Shown here: positions 8,504-16,813 of the stretch, in pieces | Layout: each line of letters opens with the position of its first letter | Position numbering within the stretch: position 1 is the stretch's first letter | Virus record (IMG/VR): IMGVR_UViG_2534681835_000037 | Span: 1-23,837 of that record | Direction: 5' to 3' (one strand) | Length of the DNA: 23,837 nucleotides | Source of the DNA: a virus | Lineage: Duplodnaviria > Heunggongvirae > Uroviricota > Caudoviricetes | Program-made: the position numbers and the translations under genes | The notes under the pieces: generated by a model | The model's input: only the letters and a program-made list of their open reading frames with translations | What the model was told of the DNA's origin: nothing | The model's database searches: none

Positions 8504-9193
8504 ATGAGTTTGATTGATTTAAGAGATGAATACGAAGAAAGAGCAAGAGATATTATGGAATTGCTTTCTCTTGCGTCATCTTTAGAGGCTCAGACTCAGC
8601 AGTTAGATCAGCAAACGCATAAAGATGAAATAGAATCAAATACCCTTAGGGTTAACATTTTAAAATCATCCGTGCACATGATGCTGTACAATCAGGTTGA
8701 AAACACTGCCAGAGGATGCATTGAGTCAATTTATGACCATTTGCAAGATAATGAAGTAAATTACGCATCACTCAGGGAGAAATTCCAAGTAAATATCTTG
8801 CACCGTATCATTTCAGATAATGAATCGGGAAAATCTCTTTATCAAAAAATTGGTTCCGATATATCTAAAAGGATCATTTCAGCCTCATTAAACATACGTA
8901 AAGAATTCAATGGTAATGTTTGCAAGTCTGTATTGCACAAAATAACACAAGCTTACGGAATAACTGTTGCAAACTCACCAGAGTGTAGAAATGGTGTTGA
9001 CTTAGATTTACTTAAAGATATCAGAAATGAGCTGGCACATGGAAGTACCAGCTTTTCTAAAAAAGGTCAAATAGACCCTTTAGAAGAAGTCAAATCGAGG
9101 TCAGAAAGAATTGATCTATATTTGCGTTTATTAATCAACTCAACAGAAAATTATATTACCTCTAACGGGTATTTATCCCCTCAACATGTCTGA
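8504..9193 (+). CDS. HEPN-like domain protein (putative RNase), translationally linked to the DUF262 gene
   Basis: 229 aa; start 2 nt after the DUF262 stop; C-terminal R-x4-H motif (DIRNELAHG) typical of HEPN active sites in a largely helical protein. Assignment is from motif and context only. Confidence 0.55.
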   Translation: MSLIDLRDEYEERARDIMELLSLASSLEAQTQQLDQQTHKDEIESNTLRVNILKSSVHMMLYNQVENTARGCIESIYDHLQDNEVNYASLREKFQVNILHRIISDNESGKSLYQKIGSDISKRIISASLNIRKEFNGNVCKSVLHKITQAYGITVANSPECRNGVDLDLLKDIRNELAHGSTSFSKKGQIDPLEEVKSRSERIDLYLRLLINSTENYITSNGYLSPQHV

Positions 9194-10202
9194 TAAATGT
9201 TTCCCCTATTATCTGACCAATTATAGGGGGAACAGCATTTCCAATCATTGTCCCCAATTTTTGGAATGAAAAAGGCGTCTCCTTGTCAAGGAATTTATAA
9301 TCCATTGGAAAGGATTGCAAAATCGCAGCTTCACGCAAAGTTATGGCGCGATTTTGCTCAGGATGGCCAAATCGTCCATTTCCATATCCATAACACTGGG
9401 TAGTTATCGTAGGGCTAGTATCGTCCCAAACCATCCGTCCATAAACGCTTTTATAGGTAGCACCTGAATTCTTTTTATGACAGTCTGCTCTAATTTCTTC
9501 AGGCCAGTCATCCCACGTACCACCAGGTAAAGAATGCATGATTCGTTTAAGATTGATATCCATCAATTTAGGCGAACGATGCAAGGGATCGCTTTCCAGC
9601 TTCTCACCTGCCCCTACTTTTGGCAACCTACCAATAGCATCCTTAACAGTAACTTTACGGCTAACTTTTTTTTGATCAAGGCTGATCGGCCCCAATTGGG
9701 AACCAATTAGAATTAATCTACGTCTATTTTGAGGTAAGCCATACTCAGAACATCTTACAACGTCGTACCACAAATGATATCCAAGAGTCTTTAATGCACT
9801 AACAAACCCTTCAAAAACCTTATGGTTTCTAAGTTGAGGAACATTCTCCATCGTCACAAGCTCTGGCATGACATCACTTACAAGCCTTTGAAACTCATAT
9901 AACAAACGCCACTTTGTATCGTCTTTACGGCTATTTGGATTACGATACTTGGAAAACGGTTGGCAAGGAGCACATCCAGCAAGCAATCTAATATTTCCTT
10001 CCTTGAACATAGCAGACACATCGCAGGATTGCAGTTCTGTAACTGACTGATTAATGAACTGCGTTAAAGGATTATTGCTCTCAATAGCAAAACGGCAGGA
10101 TTCATCAATATCAATACCATGAGAAACCTCAATCCCGGCTTTTTTTAGCCCAAAAGTTAAGCCCCCCGCACCACAAAAAATGTCTACTGCCTGAATGTTC
10201 AC
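9162..10202 (-). CDS. DNA (cytosine-5)-methyltransferase
   Basis: 346 aa; canonical m5C MTase motifs in order: I FCGAGG, IV GCAPCQPFS, VI TMENV, VIII QNRRR; GTG start at 10202 with GGAG RBS; 3' end overlaps the HEPN gene 3' end by 32 bp (convergent). Confidence 0.85.
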   Translation of the reverse strand: MNIQAVDIFCGAGGLTFGLKKAGIEVSHGIDIDESCRFAIESNNPLTQFINQSVTELQSCDVSAMFKEGNIRLLAGCAPCQPFSKYRNPNSRKDDTKWRLLYEFQRLVSDVMPELVTMENVPQLRNHKVFEGFVSALKTLGYHLWYDVVRCSEYGLPQNRRRLILIGSQLGPISLDQKKVSRKVTVKDAIGRLPKVGAGEKLESDPLHRSPKLMDINLKRIMHSLPGGTWDDWPEEIRADCHKKNSGATYKSVYGRMVWDDTSPTITTQCYGYGNGRFGHPEQNRAITLREAAILQSFPMDYKFLDKETPFSFQKLGTMIGNAVPPIIGQIIGETFIRHVEGINTR

Positions 10203-10265
10203 AAGATTCTCCGTTACTTTATCCTGGTATTATATACACATAAAAGTTGGGAAAGTAGAACGATT

Positions 10266-10634
10266 TTACATAGAACTTAAGTCATTGTAGTAAATGAAAA
10301 ATGACAAGCAGCCATCAATAAACCCCATTGCTGTTTGCATCTCTTTCCGTATTGTTCCATCTGAACATTTCCGTTTTTTAGCAATAGCGCGTAATGAGAT
10401 ACCAATAACAAAGTGAGCAATGATCAACTCATACTCTTCGGGTTTATACTTTCGCAACCGAGCCACACAACCGTCTATCATGATACCTTCGTCATCATCA
10501 CACTGGAGACGTGACTTTTTACCGTGTGGTAAAAGCCCCTTGAAGCCTGCTGCTATCGGCTGCCAGTCCACACCACTGTTATCTGCTGCAGCCCAGGCCC
10601 CCCAACGATCTAAAACTTCGTACATATCACGCAT
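10266..10634 (-). CDS. Late-gene antiterminator Q (QuuD-type)
   Basis: 122 aa; MRDMYEVLDRWGAWAA...IAAGFKGLL...Q.C.DD...C.ARL resembles my recollection of E. coli prophage Q proteins such as QuuD; lies between the replication genes and the late region. Confidence 0.7.
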   Translation of the reverse strand: MRDMYEVLDRWGAWAAADNSGVDWQPIAAGFKGLLPHGKKSRLQCDDDEGIMIDGCVARLRKYKPEEYELIIAHFVIGISLRAIAKKRKCSDGTIRKEMQTAMGFIDGCLSFFIYYNDLSSM

Positions 10635-10891
10635 CAGCGCAGTACCTCCTGCACCAGTTTTTCAAACTTACCAACTCTGGTTTCCAGCTCTGCCACACAA
10701 TCCACCAGCTCATCCACCGCCTTTTGTGTGCGGTGTTTTGCCAGCAGCAGATCACGCAGCGCCGGAGTAAGCTGCTTGCGGAGCGTATCCTTTGCCACGC
10801 TCGTTTTTTCCATCTGTTCAGCACAACGAAGCATCTCCTGCGCCTGCCGACGAAGTTGTTCCGGTGAAACAGTGATTGCTCTGTTGTTCAA
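10634..10891 (-). CDS. Hypothetical protein, translationally coupled to Q (TGATG overlap)
   Basis: 85 aa predicted helical protein; stop overlaps the Q start, and its start overlaps the DnaB-like stop. Confidence 0.5.
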   Translation of the reverse strand: MNNRAITVSPEQLRRQAQEMLRCAEQMEKTSVAKDTLRKQLTPALRDLLLAKHRTQKAVDELVDCVAELETRVGKFEKLVQEVLR

Positions 10892-12279
10892 AATAAACGC
10901 TCCGTTTTACTGCCCGACATGCGGTTATTGCTGTATCTGCGCGGATTGCCCGGCGTCATGGGTGTGGAAAGAACCCGGGCACTCTCCTGGTCCACAGGCA
11001 GAAAATGTCCGTTATGAAAACGCCGGTAAATGGTCCCGAGCGTGCCATTACGCTGTTTCGTGATGTTGATTTCTGCTATGCCTCTGGCCTGAGTTTCCGG
11101 GTTGTATACCTCATCCCTGTAAAGCATCAGAATGATGTCGGCATCCGCCTCGATTTCCCCGGAGTTTTTCAGGTCCGAGTTCATTGGGCGTTTATTGGGT
11201 CTGGATTCCACGCCGCGGGAGAGCTGGCTCAGAGCAATCAGCGGAAAACCGCCGGATTTTGCCAGGCTTTTAAGTCCCTTTGAGATTTCCCCCACAGCAA
11301 GGTCGTGACGCCCCGTGCTGCGGGTTTTAATCAGGCCGAGGTAATCGACCACAACCAGCGCCGTTTCCGGGTGTTTCATCCGGTGGTGCTTCGTGGTTGC
11401 ACATATCTCATCAATGGTCAGGTTTGCCTGGTCCACCATCCAGATATTGCGACCGGTCATCCGTCCCACCCCTTGTGAGAAACGCGCCCAGTCTTCATCT
11501 TCAAAGTGAGTGACAGATTTCAGGCGTGATACCGGCATTCCTCCAGCCGCAGATACCATGCGTTCACCAATCTGGATGTTCGCCATTTCCATTGTGAACA
11601 GAAGAACACCATGCCCCTGCTCAGTCACCTTGTCGATGATATCCAGCGCCAGTTCGGTTTTGCCCATTGACGGACGAGCCGCAATGAACACCAGGTCGCC
11701 GGGCTCCATGCCACCTGTTTTTGCGTCCAGCTCCTCAATACCGGTCATCAACGTTCTGGATTTCTCCAGTCCCTGATTCCGGCATTCAACACGCTCAACC
11801 ACCTCCGGAAGCACATCATCAATATGTATCGGCTGAATAATGCCCTTTTCCGTCGACAATGAAGCCATCATGTTCTGCGCATCCTTCAGGACATCTTCAG
11901 CTGCTTCACAGGTATGCGCATCACGTAATTTCTGCAGCGCCTCATTCAGTGTTTTTTCTGCATCACGCAATGCAGCATTGCGCCGCAACGCTGCAACATA
12001 GTGCTCCAGTGAAGACTTCACCCAGGTTTTACGCCCGGTATCAGTAATCACCGGAGCAAGTTCCGGCATTTCATTACACAGCAGCACAGGATCAATCACA
12101 CCTGAAACACGAGCCTGTCGGCAGATGCCTGTGTAGATATCCCTATACGCTCGTACAGAAAAAACGTCCGCTGGCAGTGTGGCCAGAATATCCATCACTT
12201 CATGATCTGCCCCACGCAGAAAAAACGCGCCAATGACAGCGCCTTCCAGATCATCGTTACGCCATACTGGAGTGGTCAT
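10888..12279 (-). CDS. Replicative DNA helicase, DnaB family
   Basis: 463 aa; Walker A (ARPSMGKTELAL), RecA-like C-terminal domain and DnaB-like N-terminal domain; ATGA overlap with the upstream DnaC-like gene. Confidence 0.85.
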   Translation of the reverse strand: MTTPVWRNDDLEGAVIGAFFLRGADHEVMDILATLPADVFSVRAYRDIYTGICRQARVSGVIDPVLLCNEMPELAPVITDTGRKTWVKSSLEHYVAALRRNAALRDAEKTLNEALQKLRDAHTCEAAEDVLKDAQNMMASLSTEKGIIQPIHIDDVLPEVVERVECRNQGLEKSRTLMTGIEELDAKTGGMEPGDLVFIAARPSMGKTELALDIIDKVTEQGHGVLLFTMEMANIQIGERMVSAAGGMPVSRLKSVTHFEDEDWARFSQGVGRMTGRNIWMVDQANLTIDEICATTKHHRMKHPETALVVVDYLGLIKTRSTGRHDLAVGEISKGLKSLAKSGGFPLIALSQLSRGVESRPNKRPMNSDLKNSGEIEADADIILMLYRDEVYNPETQARGIAEINITKQRNGTLGTIYRRFHNGHFLPVDQESARVLSTPMTPGNPRRYSNNRMSGSKTERLF

Positions 12280-13163
12280 GCAGCCACACCTCCAATATGC
12301 GCACGATAGCTGGGCCAGTTAAACGACAACCAGTTGCGTCCCCCGTCTGTGATCCTGTCGGCAATGCGGGGGCTGATGAACGCCCACAACTCTTCCGGTG
12401 AAAGGTTGCTGATCAGGATGGTGGGCAGGATGCTTTCGTACCGGGCATTGATAATTTCCTGCAAAATAGCCATTTCAGCCGCGCTACCAAACTGGACACC
12501 CACTTCGTCGATAATCAGCAGATCCAGTGATGCATAATGCTCAATCACCTCATCCGCAGTTTTTTCGCTGTCATTCCGCCAGCAGTTTTTCACAGCCCGG
12601 GTCAGGCGCATCACGTCGGTGATCTCAACACTGGCGAGATAGTTGCGGATGACATATTTTGCCATCGCAACCGCCAGGTGATTTTTACCGGTGCCACAAC
12701 TGCCAGTCAGCACGAGATTTGTGCCATTCTCCAGAACATCCGCCCAGTTTTCGGCATAGCGACGACAGGCAGCAAGATTTCTGGCTGCGTCAGGATTAAT
12801 CTCCTGATAGTTTTCAAACTCACAGTCACGAAAACGCAGTGCAATTCCGGCGTTATCAGTCAGTTCTTCCGCCTTCAGGGACGACAACTCCATAATCACA
12901 TCGTTGATTTCAGCACTCAGGCAGTGAGGACAGTGTGAAATTTTCTCTCTGTCCTCGCCATTACGATCCCCCCACACCAGAATATGCGTGTGATATTCGC
13001 CATGTTTTTCGCAATATCCGCGACCTTCACGCATCCGGCAGGAACGATAAGGCCACGGTTTTTCCCCAGTCTCCGCAAACGCCATCTCAGACCGTAACTC
13101 ATCCATCCGCGCCTGTAGTCTTGTTTGTTGTTCACGCAGGTTAAACGTCATCATCGCTGTCAC
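12276..13163 (-). CDS. DnaC-like helicase loader (IstB-like AAA+ ATPase)
   Basis: 295 aa; Walker A GSCGTGKNHLAVAMA, Walker B LLIIDEVG; N-terminal Cys/His-rich segment. Confidence 0.85.
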   Translation of the reverse strand: MTAMMTFNLREQQTRLQARMDELRSEMAFAETGEKPWPYRSCRMREGRGYCEKHGEYHTHILVWGDRNGEDREKISHCPHCLSAEINDVIMELSSLKAEELTDNAGIALRFRDCEFENYQEINPDAARNLAACRRYAENWADVLENGTNLVLTGSCGTGKNHLAVAMAKYVIRNYLASVEITDVMRLTRAVKNCWRNDSEKTADEVIEHYASLDLLIIDEVGVQFGSAAEMAILQEIINARYESILPTILISNLSPEELWAFISPRIADRITDGGRNWLSFNWPSYRAHIGGVAA

Positions 13164-13164
13164 C

Positions 13165-14157
13165 TCAGAATGTTAAGTTGTCACTGGATTTACCGAATTC
13201 GTCAGACATGGCACCAAGACCAGACAGGATATCTATCTGTCGCTGTCGCCCACCTCCGGGAGCGGCTGGCTGTTGCCAGAAATCTTCGAAGTGACGATCG
13301 GGTCCAAAAAACGTCGCGGTCTGCTTCACGAATTGTGTGCCGGTATTTCCTGTGGCACGTACCCAGGCGGCATAACGCCTCACGCCATCAAGCATGGTTT
13401 CGGGTGTCACACCTTCCCTGATTCGGGCTTTCCAGGCTTTGAAGGCTGCCGACTTGGAATTACCACCAGCACGTTTGGGGTATTCCTGCCAGGCCTGTTC
13501 AAATTCCGGTGAATATTCTTGTCGGGCAGAACGCGCTGGTGCAGACGCGTCAGCGGATGCGCCAATAGTGTTTTTAGTCTCCGTTGTAATCTCTGTAGTA
13601 ATCTCTGTATTTGTATCAACATTCGGCGTATCCCCTGTTCCGTTATGACGTTGGGTGGTGTTCCGTTTTAACGTAATAGCTGTGTCGCTGACTGTGTTAT
13701 TGCTGTTGCTTTCTGACGAAACAGAAGAAGGTGTGGTGATGGCAGCAACTGCCTGTGGGTTGATCCCGACAAACAAAATATTGCTGCATTTCACACCATC
13801 GAGCATTTCCACCGTACGTAAATCCAGAGTAATAAACCCGGCATCGCGAAGACGCTTCAGCGCATCTGCGGTTTCCCTTTTCCCAAAACCAAACTGCTCA
13901 GCAAACGCCTGATAGCTTCTTTGCAGCTTGTCACCCTGAAAACGCTTGCGATATCCCAGTAAAGCCCCGGTATGCTCATCCCGGACTTCTGTCGGGCGGT
14001 ACCAATAAACGATCTCTGAGAGCAGGGCGATAGCGGTCGCATCCGGACGACCACTGGGTAGCCGAATATGTTTCCACCAGTTCGCTGGTGTGACATTGCC
14101 GGAAATATTAATTTGACCAATAGCTATAACTTCCGGTGTGGGGGCGTAACGACTCAT
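13165..14157 (-). CDS. Replication initiation protein (O-like replisome organiser)
   Basis: 330 aa; first gene of the replication module; conserved-looking C-terminal region (EQAWQEYPKRAGGNSKSAAFKAWKARIREG); contains internal tandem DNA repeats (iteron-like) in its middle. Confidence 0.6.
   Translation of the reverse strand: MSRYAPTPEVIAIGQINISGNVTPANWWKHIRLPSGRPDATAIALLSEIVYWYRPTEVRDEHTGALLGYRKRFQGDKLQRSYQAFAEQFGFGKRETADALKRLRDAGFITLDLRTVEMLDGVKCSNILFVGINPQAVAAITTPSSVSSESNSNNTVSDTAITLKRNTTQRHNGTGDTPNVDTNTEITTEITTETKNTIGASADASAPARSARQEYSPEFEQAWQEYPKRAGGNSKSAAFKAWKARIREGVTPETMLDGVRRYAAWVRATGNTGTQFVKQTATFFGPDRHFEDFWQQPAAPGGGRQRQIDILSGLGAMSDEFGKSSDNLTF
13584..13617. repeat. Iteron-like tandem repeats inside the O-like gene (candidate replication origin)
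   Basis: GTAATCTCTGTA at 13586-13597 and 13598-13609 with degenerate flanking copies; encodes TEITTEITTE in the middle of the initiator, analogous to ori-lambda lying within O. Confidence 0.45.
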
Positions 14158-14453
14158 ACAGCCTCCTTACGCGGCATAACAATGGTGTAACCCCGGGCAG
14201 GCTGGAACCGGGCTTTTGCATCAATAGTGAGCGTTGCAATTTTTCGGATATGAAGATAACCAGCTCTTTCCAGTGCCAGGGTTTCCCTGAATATCGCTTG
14301 CTTAGAACAACAGCAGAAATCAGCAAGCACCCGATGATCAATAACTCTCTCGCCTTCACCGTCTGAAGAACCCGACATCAAAACACGCAACATAATCAGG
14401 CGCTGAATCGGGTTATCGAAAGCACATCCGCACACAAACTGAAAACAGTTCAC
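14154..14453 (-). CDS. Hypothetical protein (possible winged-helix DNA-binding)
   Basis: 99 aa; 4-bp overlaps with both neighbours, part of a translationally coupled chain. Confidence 0.45.
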   Translation of the reverse strand: MNCFQFVCGCAFDNPIQRLIMLRVLMSGSSDGEGERVIDHRVLADFCCCSKQAIFRETLALERAGYLHIRKIATLTIDAKARFQPARGYTIVMPRKEAV

Positions 14454-14674
14454 GCCACACCTCCCAGACGCTTAAACATTTTTCCAGACAGAAATACCGC
14501 CAGAGGGTAACTGATGGTGTAGCTACGCCCCTGTAGTTCGCACACGACTTTCTGGCTTTCAGCGTTGACTAGGCAAACCCGCAGAACGTGACCGTTGCTG
14601 GTGGCGAACCACTGCCCCACACGGGGGCAACGGTTGTATCGGTGATACAGGGAATTAACGATGTGGCGGATCAT
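14450..14674 (-). CDS. Hypothetical protein
   Basis: 74 aa; coupled by 4-bp overlaps to neighbours. Confidence 0.4.
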   Translation of the reverse strand: MIRHIVNSLYHRYNRCPRVGQWFATSNGHVLRVCLVNAESQKVVCELQGRSYTISYPLAVFLSGKMFKRLGGVA

Positions 14675-14865
14675 GGACGCACCTCCGCCGTAGTTACGTA
14701 TTTAACCGGGCTACCTTTCATTGAGATGGTTTCACACATCTCTGCCGCTTTCAGTTCCGCTGTTTTTCTGGATTTATAGCGACGGTGCCAGACAGATACA
14801 TCCGTGCGAACTGATACATCGTTTCTGTATTCCGTAGTGGAGATGATGATTTCGTAACTAATCAT
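14671..14865 (-). CDS. Hypothetical protein
   Basis: 64 aa; coupled by 4-bp overlaps to neighbours. Confidence 0.4.
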   Translation of the reverse strand: MISYEIIISTTEYRNDVSVRTDVSVWHRRYKSRKTAELKAAEMCETISMKGSPVKYVTTAEVRP

Positions 14866-15413
14866 GGGCGAACCTCCTTGTCAGAACCATTCAGCCTGGA
14901 ATCAACAAGTGCAGCGCCAAAAACAGCATCACCAACACGGTCGTACAGTTTGCTAGCCAGCGGAGATTCAACGGCCTTAAGCATTGGATAAAGCTGGCTT
15001 GTCCAGATTTGATGGATTTCACGCAAATGCAGGTATACGCCTCTGGCGTTTCGTGCGACAGCTGACATATCAACCGCGTCAGCACCAGATAAATTCTTCT
15101 CCATCTGGTTAAAGGCGTTGATGTATGCCTCTTTGAACCGGGCTGCACGTTTGCCAGTAAAGCCCATAGCAAGGAACGCGAAGCCATCGCGGGTGATTTG
15201 ATAGCAAGGTAGTTTGCGGCCTGTGCAATCGGTGTAATCACTGGGCTGAAAATTCAGCTCAGTGAATTCAACAGAGCACTCAAGCGTCTGGATTTTTTGA
15301 ATAACGTTTTTGTGCTGCTTGCAGAAATATTCGGCAACGGCCAAAGAAGAGGTAACAGCCTTCCCATGGATAACATCAATTTTAGGGTGAGTTTGGGTAG
15401 GGGTGGTTGCCAT
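14862..15413 (-). CDS. Phage regulatory protein, Rha family
   Basis: Rha-like N-terminal motif (KIDVIHGKAVTSSLAVAEYFCKQHKNVIQKIQTLE) begins right after the internal ATG at 15413, which has a GAGGA RBS. The ORF track extends the frame to 15710 (282 aa), but that extension has no family resemblance. Confidence 0.6.
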   Translation of the reverse strand: MATTPTQTHPKIDVIHGKAVTSSLAVAEYFCKQHKNVIQKIQTLECSVEFTELNFQPSDYTDCTGRKLPCYQITRDGFAFLAMGFTGKRAARFKEAYINAFNQMEKNLSGADAVDMSAVARNARGVYLHLREIHQIWTSQLYPMLKAVESPLASKLYDRVGDAVFGAALVDSRLNGSDKEVRP

Positions 15414-15795
15414 AGTGACATCCTCATGTGCGAATTTTGAAAACTCACCACATGGGACGCCAATCACAGAGGTGGTGAGACGTACAGGGTTGGCGTAACC
15501 GGTCGCACATGACCCCGGCGCATCTTTCGATGCCCCTGCACGCCCCACCATAATTTGGATGTGAGGAAACGTGCGCAAAAAAACCGCTGAAGCGCGGTTA
15601 TGCGCATGTGCGAATTTCAGGACGCCAATCCCGGCACCCGCTTTATAAGGTGCGGAGACAGTGTAACGTCCCGAAATTGCAGAATCAATATTTGGTCTTG
15701 AAATGATCATATAGCTGCTGATATCTTTAGAACTGTTCTTGGATGTTTCGGAGCCGTTTTATGCGAAACAGCTCCCCGTTATTGATGTTGAGTGA

Positions 15796-15819
15796 GCCGG
15801 GTTACTCCCGGCTTTTTTT
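15796..15819 (+). terminator. Intrinsic terminator on the plus strand, antisense to the early-right operon
   Basis: gccggg-ttact-cccggc hairpin (15796-15812) followed by TTTTTTT (15813-15819). On the minus strand it is preceded, not followed, by the run. Confidence 0.55.
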
Positions 15820-16526
15820 CATCGCTGCCAACCAATAACCTGAAATAACCCCATTTTCGGGTGATACCAGCGAGTCCCTCGCGGTTCTGCTTCCTCCATA
15901 ACCCGATAAAAAGCAGCCATAAACGGTTCCACAGCAACAATTGCGCGACGTGACAACAATCCGTCCGGCGTCATGAACTCATGTGTGTCTGTAGGAATTT
16001 GATAGGCGTTCACCAGATTGCGGCATTTATCATCTGACAAACCGGTTTTTGCTTTCAGTTGGCGATATCCGGCATAGCCCTCACGAATAGTGCCCTTTTT
16101 AATTTGCTCGACTGTTTCAGCAACGTGGCTGACTTTTTCTTCCACCTGAGTGATCCGTTTCTGTTGGCGAACGGCTTCAAGAGCCATCGCGGCAACCATT
16201 TCGATTTCGCTCATTGGCTTACGGATCTGTTCTTCCAGTTCGCGCCAGCGATCTACCAGGCGAGCTGTGAATTCAGGACAGAGCTGTGCGACGACAATGA
16301 TGCTGTCGCGCTTACCTCGTTCACCTTCGAATACATACGCGCTAGAAAATCGGCGAGGCCCAAGTGATTGTTTATTCTCAATTTCCACAGTCTGTGGAAA
16401 TTGGATGATTCCCTTTTTAGCCAGTGTTTCAATAGTTCTCTTAACACTATCTGGTCGGCTTCCCACCAGCTCTGCGATCTCAACGCTGGTCATGGATGCT
16501 TTGCCGTTAAAAATTGCGGTGTTCAT
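15819..16526 (-). CDS. Rha/ORF6N-type antirepressor-family regulatory protein
   Basis: 235 aa; N-terminal motif (FNGKASMTSVEIAELVGSRPDSVKRTIETLAKKGII) typical of phage Rha/antirepressor N-domains; start overlaps the Cro-like stop (ATGA). Confidence 0.5.
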   Translation of the reverse strand: MNTAIFNGKASMTSVEIAELVGSRPDSVKRTIETLAKKGIIQFPQTVEIENKQSLGPRRFSSAYVFEGERGKRDSIIVVAQLCPEFTARLVDRWRELEEQIRKPMSEIEMVAAMALEAVRQQKRITQVEEKVSHVAETVEQIKKGTIREGYAGYRQLKAKTGLSDDKCRNLVNAYQIPTDTHEFMTPDGLLSRRAIVAVEPFMAAFYRVMEEAEPRGTRWYHPKMGLFQVIGWQR

Positions 16527-16813
16527 TGTTTATCTCCTGCGTGTATTCCATCCGCTCTGTGTGGTGAACTTGGATTTAGGCTTTTGCGTAACAAGTTAGG
16601 AATTCCATCTTCAGGGTGAGGATAAAGATCTGGCCTTAAGCCATGAGGCGTAACCTTCCATGCAACTACTTCACATACTCGTAAAACGAAACGAGCAGGA
16701 ATTGTGCTTTTTGAAAACCACTGATTCACCGCTTGCGGCGTCACACCAAGATTTCGCGCTATGGCATTTTGCGCAATTAATGCACGAAGTTTGTCGTAAT
16801 CATTTCCTTCCAT
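16523..16813 (-). CDS. Cro-like HTH regulator, first gene of the early-right operon
   Basis: 96 aa; HTH segment (IARNLGVTPQAVNQWFSK); divergent from the CI-like repressor across a 130-bp AT-rich operator region. Confidence 0.55.
   Translation of the reverse strand: MEGNDYDKLRALIAQNAIARNLGVTPQAVNQWFSKSTIPARFVLRVCEVVAWKVTPHGLRPDLYPHPEDGIPNLLRKSLNPSSPHRADGIHAGDKQ

Noticed and set aside
11005-12938. Plus-strand ORFs inside the DnaB-like and DnaC-like genes (11005..11283, 11510..11776, 11859..12047, 12334..12537, 12537..12938)
   Set aside because: Antisense to genes with Walker motifs and coupled starts; no independent support.
15414-15710. N-terminal 99-codon extension of the Rha-family ORF as a real fused domain
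   Set aside because: The Rha-like motif and a strong RBS begin at the internal ATG (15413); the extension has no recognisable features. Rejection is provisional because the frame is open.
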